Shown here piece after piece: positions 1 to 13,043 of a stretch of 64,000 nucleotides of DNA. Position 1 is the first letter of the stretch; every line of letters begins with the position of its first letter. The notes under the pieces are model-generated. The model had not been told where the DNA came from. It was given only the letters and a program-made list of their open reading frames with translations, and made no database searches. Made by a program: the position numbers and the translations under genes. Source of the DNA: the human T2T-CHM13v2.0 reference genome, Homo sapiens; NCBI RefSeq assembly GCF_009914755.1, contig NC_060930.1. The stretch is one strand, 5' to 3'.

Positions 1-521
1 AGGCCAGGTGTGAGGAGGGGAGGTGATAAAAAGATTATAGGGTGGAGGAGCAGAGGCTGAGGAAGAATTGGGACCTAGCTCAGCCTGGCGAGGATCAGCC
101 TGGGGAGGAAGGGAGAGGTCAGATGGGTCTGTAGAAAAGGAAGATTAGAAAGACTCAGCGATGCTTGGGGTTGGGACTGAGGGGACAGGCAGGAGGGAAA
201 GAAGGAAGATTTGGGACGAGTTGCACTGGGCACAGAGACTAGGAAGGGACTGATGTGTAAAAGAATGCCTGGACGTCAGGCACCTCAGACCGTTTGCCTA
301 TTTTATGACAAGAATTATTTAGATCTTGCAGGATGGAAAAATTCAAAGTGCTATTTTCTGGCTATTTGGAACTACTGTCGAGTTTGTATTGGGGTCAAGT
401 GGCATTGCAGAAGAAAATAAGGCATTTAGGTTTTAGGTCAGGTGTGAGTTAAGAGGTTTTAAGTTTTTGAGAACACAGGCCAAGGGACTAGAAGGAGGAA
501 TGGAAGGTGGAAGGTTCCCAT
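1..521 (-). pseudogene. gag: HERV-H gag N-terminus (matrix), frameshifted and with stops
   Basis: ATGGGAACCTTCCACC at 521 resembles the HERV-H gag start (MGNLPPSIPPSSPLACVLKNL) with a 1-nt loss. Downstream Trp codons read TGA/TAG. Confidence 0.8.
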
Positions 522-616
522 AGTGAAGGAAGCAAGCCTAGAGAAAAGAGAGAGTAGATAAATGGAGGGAAGGGGTTCGGGGGTTCTTACCTTCCAGAAA
601 AGTGGGAAAAGGGGTT

Positions 617-717
617 GGGGCGCAGAGATAAGAGGTCGGGGCATGGAAATAAGGGATGGGGCGCAGAAATAAGAGGTAGGGGCACGGAAATAAGGGATTG
701 GGGCGCAGAGATACGAG
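617..717. repeat. ~21-bp tandem repeat of the HERV-H leader (about 5 units)
   Basis: GGGGC(G/A)(C/T)(A/G)GA(A/G)ATAAG units repeated. Confidence 0.85.
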
Positions 718-1108
718 CTGGGGGTACTTGCCCCTCCTCTAGAAAAGCGGGACTTGCTGCTAGGAGTGAAGGAGAAGGGGTTGAGGGGTACTTGCCCCTT
801 CCCCAGAAAAGCGGGACTTGCCACTAAGGGTGAAGGACCAAGGCAGGCGTCCCTGCGTGGTCTGACAGCTTTGAAACATGGGTGAATAATCAGAGGCGTC
901 CCTGCAATGATTAAACACCAAGGGAAGGCTGCCTTCCCAGTCCGTGACCGGCGCCGGAGTTTTGGGTCCACGGATAAAACGTGTCTCCGTTGTCTCTCCC
1001 AGAAAATGAAAGGAATTGAAATTAAGAGAAGGGAGAGATTGAAGAGTGGAAAGGAGAAAGTGGTTGAGGGACAGTGAGAGAGGTTGGAGAAGAGAGTAAG
1101 AAGAGGCC

Positions 1109-1117
1109 ACTTACCTG
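1109..1117 (-). promoter_or_regulatory. HERV-H leader major splice donor
   Basis: CAG|GTAAGT on the minus strand, a perfect U1 consensus. A second donor AAG|GTAAGA lies at 593-585. Confidence 0.85.
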
Positions 1118-1240
1118 ATTTAAAATTGGTGAGATGTTCCTTGGACTGGTCGGTCTGAGGACCTGAGGTCGTTGGTGGATCTTTCTCATGGAGCAAAGAA
1201 CAGGAGGACAGGGGATTGATCTCCCAAGGGAGGTCCCCCG

Positions 1241-1258
1241 ATCTGAGTCACGGCACCA
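1241..1258 (-). other. Primer binding site for tRNA-His
   Basis: TGGTGCCGTGACTCAGAT, 17/18 to the tRNA-His 3' complement, 2 nt after the LTR end. Confidence 0.95.
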
Positions 1259-1260
1259 AA

Positions 1261-1713
1261 TTTCATGCGCGTCCATATGAAGAGACCACCAAACAGGCTT
1301 TGTGTGAGCAAGAAAGCTGTTTATTTCACCTGGGTGCAGGCGGGCTGAGTCCGAAAAGAGAGTCAGCGAAGGGAGATAAGGGTGGGGCCATTTTATAGGA
1401 TTTGGGTAGGTAAAGGAAAATTACAGTCAAAGGGGGTTTGTTCTCTGGCGGGCAGGAGTGGGGGTCACAAGGTGCTCAGTGGGGGTGCTTTTTGAGCCAG
1501 GATGAGCCAGGAAAAGGACTTTCACAAGGTAATGTCATCACTTAAGGCAAGGACCGATCATTTACACTTCTTTTGTGGTGGAATGTTATCAGTTAAGGTG
1601 GGGAAGGGCATATTCACTTCTTTTGTGATTCTTCAGTTACTTCAGGCCATCTGGGCATATACGTGCAAGTCACAGGGGATGCGATGGCTTGGCTTGGGCT
1701 CAGAGGCCTGACA
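1261..1713 (-). promoter_or_regulatory. LTR7 (HERV-H 5' LTR, 453 bp)
   Basis: TATAAAA at 1397-1391, AATAAA at 1325-1320, two ACAAAAGA motifs (1576-1569, 1626-1619). The flanking TTTAG at 1714-1718 is the expected TSD half. Confidence 0.95.
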
Positions 1714-2330
1714 TTTAGTGCTATACATTTCTCTCTTAACACTGCCTTAGCTGTGTCTCAGAGATTCTGGTATGTTGTGCTTTTTTCTTACTAGATTCCT
1801 ACTTTAATGTCATTATTTACCCAAAAGTCATTCAGGAGAAAGTTATTCGAGTTCCATGTAGTTATATGGTTTTGAGTGAATTTCTTAGTCTTGGTCTAAT
1901 TTGATTGCGCTGTGGTCTGAGAGGCCATTTTCTGTGACTTCAGTTCTTTTGCATTTACTAAGGAGTTGTTTTACTTTCAATTATGTGGTTGATTTTAGAG
2001 GAAATGCCATGCAGCGATGAGAGGAATATATATTCTATCGTTTCAGGGTCTGCAGATAACTATCAGGCCCATTTGATCTAGTTTTGGGTTCAGGTCCTGA
2101 ATATCTTTGTTAACTTTCTACCTTGATGATCTATCTAATATTGTTAGTGGGGTGTTAAAGTCTCCTACTATTATTATGTGGGAGTTTAAGTCTCTTTGAA
2201 GGTCTCCGAGAACTTTATGAATCTGGGTGCTCCTGTGTTACACACATATATATTTAGGATAGTTAGCTCTTCATGTTGAATTGAATTATTTACCATTATG
2301 TAATGCCCTTCTTTGTCTTTTTTAATCTTT
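1714..2330 (-). mobile_element. Inverted 5' segment of an old L1PA (ORF2 endonuclease region), interrupted by HERV-H
   Basis: Translates KIKKDKEGHYIMVNNSIQHEELTILNIY, homologous to ORF2 EN at 35259-35762 in this window. Confidence 0.92.
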
Positions 2331-3791
2331 GCCATAAAAGGAATAAAAAACCTAGGAATACAGCTAACTAGGGAGGTGAAAGAACTCCACAAGTAAAACT
2401 ACAAACCACTGCTCAACTAAATCAGAGATGAAACAAACAAATGGAAAAACATTTCATGATCATGGATAGAAAAGATTAATATCATTAAAATGACCATACT
2501 TCTCAAAGCAATTTATATATTCAATGTTATTAACCTACCATTGACATTCTTCACAGAACTAGAAAAAGCTATTTTAAAATTCATATGGAACCTAAAAAGA
2601 GCCCTAATAGCCAAGGCAATTGTAAGCAAAAGTAACAAAGCTGGAAGCATCACACTACCTGACTTCAAACTATATGACGGGGGTACAATAATCAAAACAG
2701 CAAGGTATAGTGCTATTATAAGAACAGACACATAGACCAGTGAAACAGATTAGAGGTCCCAGAAATCAGACTGCACACCTACAGCTATCTGACCTTCGAC
2801 AAACGTGACCAAAAAAAAAAAAAAAAAAATGGGGAAATGACTCCCGATTCAATAAATGATGCTGGCATAACCGGCTAGCCATATGCAGAAGATTGAAACT
2901 GAATCCCTTCTTTACTCCATATATACACATTAACTCAAGATGGCTTAAAGACTTAAATGTAAAACCCAAAACAGACGCTTTTCAAAAAGAAGACATACGT
3001 GTGGCCAAAAATCATACAAAAAAAAAAAAAATGCTCAACATCACTGATCATTAGAGAATTGCAAATCAAAATCACAATGAGATACCATCTAACACCAATC
3101 AGAATATCTCCTATTAAGAAATAAAAAAATAACAGATGCTGGCAAAGTTGTAGAACATTTATACACTGTTGTTGGGAGTGCAAAGAAGTTTGGCCATTGT
3201 GGAAGACAGTGTAGCAATTCCTCAAAGACCTAGAGACAAAAATACCATTTGACCTAGCAATCCGATTTCTGGGTATATACCCAAAGGAATATAAAATCGT
3301 TCTGTTATAAAGATACATGTATGTGTATGTTTATTGCAGCACTATTCACAAGAGCAAAGACATGGAATCAATCTAAATGCCCATCAATGATAGACTGCAT
3401 AAAGAAAATGTGGTACATATACACCAAGGAATACTATGCAGCCATAAAACAGAATGATTATCATGTCCTTTACAGGGACATGGATGGAGCTGGAGGTCAT
3501 TATCATTAGCAAACTAACACAGAAACAGAAAAGCAAATACCACATATCCTCATTTATAAGTGGGAGCTAATTGATGAGAACACATGCACACATAGAGAGG
3601 AATAACACCCACCGGTGCTTTTCAGAGGGTGAAGGGTGGTGAAGGGAGAGGCTCAGGAAAAACAGCTAATGGGTAGTAGGCTTAATACTGGAGTGATGAA
3701 ACAATCTGTACAGCTCACCCCCATGGCACAAGTTTACATATGTTAAAAACCTGCACTTGAACCCCTGAACTTAAAACAAAAGTTTAAAAAA
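2331..3791 (+). mobile_element. 3' segment of the same L1 (L1PA13-15-like): ORF2 C-terminus, 3'UTR, A-tail
   Basis: [19 protein letters not shown] and [15 protein letters not shown] motifs; 3'UTR ending CCCCTGAACTTAAAACAAAAG. Internal deletion near 2972. Confidence 0.92.
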
Positions 3792-4376
3792 TATTATTTT
3801 TGTTTTACTTGGAACTCAGAAGGTACTTTGATAAATCCTATGATGATTCAGAGATTCATTATTTAAATAAAGATTTTAAAAGTTAGCATTTTTGAGAATG
3901 CCAGGATATCCCCATTCAAAATCAAAAATAAAGTATTTTATCTCACCAGTAACTTCACCTGAAAAAAGGCAGGCCACTTTGCAGTCTAGAGGCCTATACT
4001 CTGTAGTTGGAATACTTCTTTAACACTTTTATTGAGTAACTTGGATGAATATCCTGTTTGCATAGGGCCGTTTAGGGGCTTGGAAGAAGAAAATATAAAA
4101 TATCATGGGCTTCTGAATAGAAGAAAAAAATTGTAAATTACATATCTGATAAAGGGTTAGTATCCAGAATATATTAAAAAGTACCTCTTTACAGCTCAAC
4201 AACAACAACAAATAACCTGGTTATAAAATCGGCAAATGACTTGCACAGAAATTTCTCCATAGATGATATCCAAATGGCCAACAGGCATATTAAAAATGCT
4301 CAATATCATTAGTCCTCAGTTAAATGCAAACCCAAACGGCAATGAGATATCACCTTACACCCACGAGGATGGCTAC

Positions 4377-5164
4377 TATATTAAGTTTGCTAAGGAAGCC
4401 ATAACAAATACCACAGACTGGGTGGCTTAAACAACAGAGAGTTATTTTCTCAAAGTTCTGTAGGCTTAGAAGTTCAAGATGAAGGTGTCAGCATGTTTCA
4501 TTTCTCCCCATACTGTTCTCCTTGTGTATTAGTCCTTTCTCACACTGTTATAAGAAATATCTAAGACTGGATAATTTATAAAGAAAAGAGGTTTAATTGA
4601 CTTGCAGTTCTGCATTGCTGAGGAGGTCTCAGGAAACTTACAATCATGGTGGAAGGCAAAGGAGAAGTAGGCACTTTCCTCACAGGGCAGCAGGACGGGT
4701 GAGTGCAAGCAGGGGAAATGCCAGAAGCTTATAAAACCATCAGATCTCATGAGACTCACTTATTATTATGAGAACAGCATGGGGGAAACTGCCCCCATGA
4801 TCCAATTACCTCCACCTGATCCTGCCCTTGACGTGTGAGGATTATGGGAATTATAATTTAAGATGAGATTTTGGGTAGGGACACAGCCAAACCATGTCAC
4901 CTTGACTAGCAAATGGCCATCTGCTCTCTGTGTCTTCCCATTTTTATCCCTGTATGTGCACATACCTGGTCTTTCAGTTTGTGTCCAAATTTTCTGGTCT
5001 TATAGGGATACAAGTCGGACTGAATTGGGGCCTACCTTAACAGCCTCACGTTAGCTCCATCACCTCTTTAAAGGACTTGTGTCTAAATATAGTCACATTT
5101 TGAAAGTACTAGGGGTTAGAGTTTCAACATATAAATTTTGTGGGATACATTTCTGTCCATAACA
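4377..5164 (-). mobile_element. MLT1B/C MaLR solo LTR (split by THE1)
   Basis: GCCATAACAAATACCACAGACTGGGTGGCTTAAACAACAG ... CCATAACA termini; approximate TSD (G/A)CTAC. Confidence 0.85.
4525..4899 (-). mobile_element. THE1D/MSTA-type MaLR solo LTR
   Basis: TGTATTAGTCC...GGGACACAGCCAAACCATGTCA; perfect 5-bp TSD CCTTG (4520-4524, 4900-4904). Confidence 0.92.
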
Positions 5165-6259
5165 ACTACTATCAATACAAACAGACAAATGAACAAACAA
5201 ACAAAAAAGCAAAGCAGAAAACAAGTGTTGGAAAGTATGTGGAGAAATTGGAATACTTTCAAACTTTTAGTAGATTATAAAATGAAGCAACTGCAATGGA
5301 AAACAGTATAGTAGTTCCCCCCAAAATTAAAAATGACACTACTATATGATCAAGCAATCTCTCTTCTGGATATATCTCTAAAATAATTAAAGGCAGAAAT
5401 GAGATATTTGAACACTCATGTTCATAGCAGCATTAATCTCAATAGCTAAGAAGGGGAAGCAAAGTCAATGTCCTTTGATAGATGTATAAATAAACAAAAT
5501 GTGGTACACACATAGAGTGGCATATTATTTGGCCTTAGAAATCTTGTCACGTGCTTTGACATAGATAAACTTTGAGGAATTATGCTAAGTGAAATCAGCT
5601 AGTGACAGAGAGACAAATATGTATGCCTACATTTATATGAGGTATATAAAGTAGTCAAATTCATAGAAGCAGAAAGTAGGATATTACTTATTAGGTGCTG
5701 GACAGAGGGAGAAATTTTAGTTGTTTAATGGGTATAGAATTTTAGTCTTGATAGATGAAAAAGTTTTGGAGATCTCTTGTACACCAATGCGAGTATACCT
5801 AACATTACTGATGTACACTTAAAAATGATTAGGATGGTAAATTTTATGTTATGTGGGGTTCTTATTAACTGCAATTAAAAAGAAAAAGATTGGAAGAATT
5901 AAACTAAAATGTCGTGCCCTTGTCATTGAGTGGAAGTTACCAACCTTGGATGAAAGAAAGCAGAGGTTATAGATAGCAATCGCCTTAACAATGTCTAGTA
6001 ATAAACCTATTTGTTTCCATAACTGAGCATGATGCTCAGTTTTGACTCATTGTTCTCTTCAGGCCTTGGGAATTCTTCAAATTCTCCATTGACAGCACAA
6101 ATTTGCAAAATAGAGGAATTTTAAAACCTTGTAATATATAAAATAAAACAAACACCCTCTCAAAAAATAATGGACTAAGAGGACTGGGGATGAGTCATAG
6201 AGGGTCCTGTGGGTGTAATGCCTGAAGATTATTGTTTCTTTTGTTAATGCCCACTAGAG

Positions 6260-6341
6260 AATATATATATATGTATATATATATACATATATATACACAC
6301 ATATATACATATATATATGTATATATGTGTGTATATATATC
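6260..6341. repeat. (TA)n/(CA)n/(TG)n microsatellite
   Basis: Direct inspection. Confidence 0.95.
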
Positions 6342-6549
6342 ACTAAAAACCCAAGTAGAAAGTATGTTTTGACAAGTTGCCATCAGCCAGACTTCAAGTT
6401 TGGCACAATGGACACATAAATCAAGTAGCAATGATGACATTAAAGGATGTAATAAGTGGACCCAAGAGGATGCACTCCCATTTCCTAAAGCTGATTCAGT
6501 TACAGCCAATGACAAATAGCATATCTTTCAGTGGCCAATGCTCAGAAAC

Positions 6550-7443
<894 letters not shown>

Positions 7444-8499
7444 TTATTACACTGTACCCCTTTTACCCTGGAAGGAACAATGACTCATCTTGACTGGAAT
7501 CAACATACGTTTCAAGTTTATAAATTTCAACCTGAAGGACCTAAGGATCTAAGGCAACATCACTCTTTAAGAGCCTTAGAACACTGGATCCACAGTCTTA
7601 CAGAGAACCAAAGTAACATTTTTATCAGAAAAAAGATGTACCAGTGAGCATATGGTCACTATTGACTCTATTATGTACTGCAACTATGTTGGAGTAATAG
7701 AATAACAGAGGCATAGCTGAAGCACCAGCTTAGAGATGATGCACTGTTAGGATAAAGAGCCATCCTCTAGGATGCTGGATACATCCTGAATTAAAAACTG
7801 TTACATAATGCTGTATCCCTAAGAAGTTGAACACATAGGTTCAAGAACTGACAGACATAAGTAGGAACCATCCTACTCATAATGACTTCCAGTGATCTAC
7901 TTGGATAATTTGTTTTCCTCCCCAAAACTCTAGGCTCTGCAGGTTTATGTGTCTCTGTTCCTAGAGATATATGCTTCCACCAGGGAAAATTACAGAAAGT
8001 ATCTAGTTTCATGTTAACCAATTACTAACTGCATAGTATATTTGATCTCCTTATGCCAAGAGACCAGGAAGAGAAAAGAATTCACGATTCTTACAGAGGT
8101 AATTGATTCTAGTATTCTAAGGAGATATTGTTTCTGATTCACAATGGAGTCAGAAAAAAATATATATGATACCTAAGTGATTCATTCACTTGAATGTCTC
8201 TCAGTGTTTCTTTGATCAATTTTGATAAATTGACAGATGTAAAAGCAACAGCATAAAAAAAGGCCTGGTGACTCAGACTCAGAACCTTCAAGGTCTTGGT
8301 CTGAACATGCCATCAAGTAAGCCACTTAGATAAACAGAGGTGGCCTCTGAAGATGAAGATTTTGGAGGATTGGTAGAGGAAGGATATGATGATTGTCAGT
8401 GAAATCAGCACCGACAGGAAGGGCTGTAGGTCACCTCTCTACCACTCCTCTTAGTTTTCCCAGGAAATGACAATAACCATCTTCCTGAAAAGGCTATTC

Positions 8500-9160
<661 letters not shown>

Positions 9161-11049
9161 GTTTTTGTTTCATTTTGTTTTCCTGTTTCATCTATCATTG
9201 ATACGTTCATGGGGCAAAATCTGTAGTGATGTGTTGAGGGGAAATCTTTGGATTTATCAGATGAATTTATTTTTATTTTATTGTATAAATTGCTTTTTCA
9301 ACATCATAAGTATATATCTATCCAGTTTTCCTGTATTTTAAATTCTCAGTATGGTCAGCATCTTCATTCTTCACGAATTTTAGTAAAATGACTTCTAAAG
9401 AGTAGACTAAATTAAATATTTGTTAGTGATGAATTTAAAGAAAATTTCACAAAGAAAAGGAAAATAGCAGAAAGATGTTCCTTGCAGGAACCTTAAAAGG
9501 TAGGGTCTCCTTTTAAATTCACTATTTCATTAATATTTTATTTCTTAAAGCATTCAATTAAATTCCACATTATATTATTGTAAAATAATACCAAAAATAC
9601 AACATCAAGTAATATAGAACAGGAATTAAACTTTCCAAATAGCTCTTGATAGGGAGAAAGACTCTAAGGGACAAATAAACATTTGGAAGAAAAGGTGCCA
9701 GGAAATGCTTACACATGGCATGCTGTGTAAAAATAGAATACCTAATTGGTTGTCTCTTTATACATATGTGTGTATTGACTATGGGGTAAAGGGATTTCCT
9801 TGAATCTCAGGAGCCAGGGCACAGGTCTCAGGTGCCTAGGGGAACACAGAGCCCAGTGAGAATTATTACTGGCAATACCACCAGTTTCTCAATTTTGCTG
9901 AGAGCTACCTTGAATTACTTTCAATGCTTATTTGCTGCTTTGTTTCCCTTAAGTACTACAATTATTATTTTATCCTTAATAAATTACATACATATTTATC
10001 TCCTTTAAGGGTTAGGAGGGAGGTCTTAATTCCATAAATGAGAGAAGAAAAATAACAGAAAAAAATAGTGAACAAGACAGAAGCCACTATACAAATATTA
10101 CTCCTAATTTCTATAATACTTAGAGCATTTTGGGCAGGAAATCTTAGCATACGACCCATATCCTTGTAATTTTGCTTCCATGGCCTAATGAATTATATTG
10201 TAGCATCAGATTGTGAGCTTATTAAAACCATGGTCCTTTTAGTACACAAATTGCTCTTCCTGCTTTTTTTCCCCTAAATTGGGCTCAGCTATTTGCTATG
10301 TATTATGACTAACCTAAAAATTGTTCATTTAAATATTATTACATATTTAAAATGAAGGTTTTTATTTTACTGCAACTCTATTTTCATGCTTAATTTTTTA
10401 TAGCCTCCAATTTTCAACTGCTTAATAATCCCACTGTGGTTTTTATATGGTGATAAAAGAACTAAAAAGACAACTTTTGCAACCCACTGCTTACCAGAGT
10501 AAGATCAACACAGCTCCCAAGCTTATATCCCTTCACTCACAGGGCCCAAAATATATTTTGAGTTTAATAAGTCATGACACTGAGATGAAAAGGGATTCAA
10601 TATAAAACAACATGTAAAAATACAATATTGGGTTAAAATGTGGAAAATTTCTCTAAGGTAACAAATCAAATGTACTCACTTTTATAAACCAAATTCAATT
10701 TAATAAACGTTAAATTTTAAAGATATATAACCTTTAATGTATCGGCCACCTGTCTAAACTGATATTAATTCAATTAATATAGCAAAGCTTGTTTCATAAA
10801 TCTTTCTTCAAGATGGAGAATTAAAGAAAACATAAAAATTTTGTTAACCCCTGATATTTATTAATAGAAACTTAAAGATACAATTGTGATAGAATATTTT
10901 GAGGGAGAGCTCACATAATCTTAAGTGTGCTAATCGTCAGTTTTGACCTATGTATTGAAAAAGTGCTTGTTGATAGCATTCGTCAGAAAAACCTAGCACT
11001 AGTGTCATTGGCCCTAAGGCAGAAACCATCAAAGGCATGGGAAAGGTAC

Positions 11050-11300
11050 ATCAGGGAATGGCTAGACTGCCAAGGTTAAACCTTGGCTCTGCTGCTAACT
11101 AGTTACAAAAATTTGAGTACATTATTGAACTATGTTTCCACATTTATAAAGTCATAAATGTGGAAACATATTACATAATAAGAATACTCAGCTTATATGG
11201 AACTTGTGAGCATTAAAAAAGTCAATAGGTTAATATATGTAAAATATTTATAATGGTGCCTGGAATATTGTATGCTTCCAACAAATGTTAGCTTTATAAT
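11050..11300 (+). mobile_element. MIR
   Basis: Degenerate MIR core and 3' part (GGTGCCTGGAATATTGTATGCTTCCAACAAATGTTAGC). Confidence 0.7.
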
Positions 11301-11459
11301 TATTGTCTGTATAAATTATTAAAACTCAAAGTGTTAGAAAAGAGAAATGCCTGTAGTGGCTTTGGGAGCCTTTGCCCCAGTTCCACTGATGCTATCATTC
11401 CTCAAAACCTATTTGCAGGCCTTCCTTTGAAACCACGTTCAAATCATATAAAACAAAGA

Positions 11460-11775
11460 TCTTCAATTCACATTGAATACTCAACATATACAATATACAA
11501 GGTATTTTATTCTTGGTGCTGGCAATGAAAAATGAGTAAGCATAATTTCCCTCCTCAAAATGCTTATAGTCCAGTAGGAGAAACAGAAGTCACAAATAAG
11601 CACCATAGCATAGCATCCTCTTGTATTTCAGTACAGAATTTTTGACATTGAGCCATAACTGACATGCATCTTTGATTTCCATCTGATTGACATTTATACA
11701 GAGCAGGGATTACCCAGAAACCAGCACCGGGACTGACCCCAAGTAAGAATTCAATAAATGATTGCTGAAGGAATG
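11460..11775. mobile_element. L2 3'-end fragments (both orientations)
   Basis: GCTTATAGTCCAGTAGGAGAAACAG and TCAATAAATGATTGCTGAAGGAATG L2 termini. Confidence 0.55.
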
Positions 11776-12521
11776 TAAATCATAAATATACATAAAAAGA
11801 GAGGCAATGTTTATGGAAACTGTCAAAGTTTCATAAGAGTGGAAAATGTCTTCATTAGGTCTTTGAATATTAAATAAGAGTTCATGAGGCAGATAAATGT
11901 GAAATTACGTTTTGCGTCCAGAAAAGTGTGAACAGTTTGGTATTGGTGTAGTGAAAAACAAACAAACAAACAAAAATCATTTTTTTTTAAGCCATCTCAG
12001 GAAGTAGGTCATCTACTGAAGGAAGTTTATCTGTATAGGAAACTACAATGGTGATTCAGGGAAAAGAATATAAAACTTGAGTCAAAACTCAAATAGTTAA
12101 GAAGGAGAAGACAGATTCTAAGTAATTTAGGAAATGATTGCAAGATTTGGAGATGAATGGGCATGTATTTCAGTATACAGTAAGGCTCTGAATGAATAGA
12201 ATGATAACTACTCTTTGTATTTTGATAGCAGATACAATTTTAGAAAGTGCCAGCATTTTTAGAGCAACTGTCCTGTGAATAAGGGTAATTATCAAATTTC
12301 ATAGAATCATTTTTATTGAGTTTCCATATAATAAAAATATTTTTTCTCTGGCATATCCAATGGCTATGTAAACATTTTTATCAGAAGAGTTTCCACATAT
12401 TTTAATTAATAGTACCATATGGAAATTTGTATAACAACCATATGGGGTTAATTTTAAAGACAGAATTTATTGAAGAAATTAGTTTTTAATTTGATATTGC
12501 CTTATTATTGCATTATCATAT

Positions 12522-12557
12522 TGTATTAGAGTTCTCTAGAGGAACAGAACCAATAGG

Positions 12558-12647
<90 letters not shown>

Positions 12648-13043
12648 GTAGGTATGTATATTTATGGGAGCTTATTAAGTATTAACTTACACTATCACAA
12701 GGTCCCACAATAGGCTGCCTGCAAGCTGAGGAGCAAGGAGAGCCAGTCCGAGTCCTCAAACTGAAGAACTTGTAGTCCCATGTTTGAGGGCAGGAAGCAT
12801 CCAGCAAGGGAAAAAGATGTAGGCTAGGAGGCTAGGCCAGTCTCACCTTTTCACGTTTTCCTGCCTGCTTATATTCACTGGCAGATGATTAGATTGTGCC
12901 CATCAAATTAAGGGTGGATCTGCCTTCCCCAGCCCACTGACACAAATGTTAATCTCTTTTGACAACACCCCAAAGACACACCCAAGATCAATACTTTGTA
13001 TCCTTCAATGCAATCAAGTTGACACTCTATATTAGCCATTATA
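12522..13043 (-). mobile_element. MLT2A1-like (HERV-L) solo LTR
   Basis: TCTCTAGAGGAACAGAACCAATAGGATATA...CACAAGGTCCCACAATAGGC...CAATCAAGTTGACAC; perfect TSD CATAT (12517-12521, 13044-13048). Confidence 0.92.
12557..12650. repeat. Compound (TA)n(CA)n microsatellite within MLT2A1
   Basis: ~90 bp of uninterrupted purine-pyrimidine alternation. Confidence 0.97.

Larger units (their letters stand above)
1..1713 (-). mobile_element. HERV-H provirus, 5' portion (5' LTR7, PBS, leader, start of gag); continues left of the window
   Basis: Minus strand begins TGTCAGGCCTCTGAGCCCAAGCCAAGCC (LTR7 start). The LTR ends ...GGACGCGCATGAAA and is followed by a His PBS, leader repeats and degenerate gag. Confidence 0.97.
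4125..5890 (+). mobile_element. L1M (L1MB-like) 3' fragment, interrupted by MLT1/THE1
   Basis: CATATCTGATAAAGGGTTAGTATCCAGAATATAT (ORF2 C-terminus) and L1MB-type 3' end GTACACTTAAAAATGATTAGGATGGTAAATTTTATG. Confidence 0.85.

Noticed and set aside
617-717. Short-unit array resembling a CRISPR-like repeat
   Set aside because: No unique spacers; standard HERV-H leader tandem repeat in a human genome.
459-1196. 245-aa minus-strand ORF as a novel gene
   Set aside because: Lies wholly in the HERV-H leader/pre-gag repeats, is low complexity, and has no recognisable domain.
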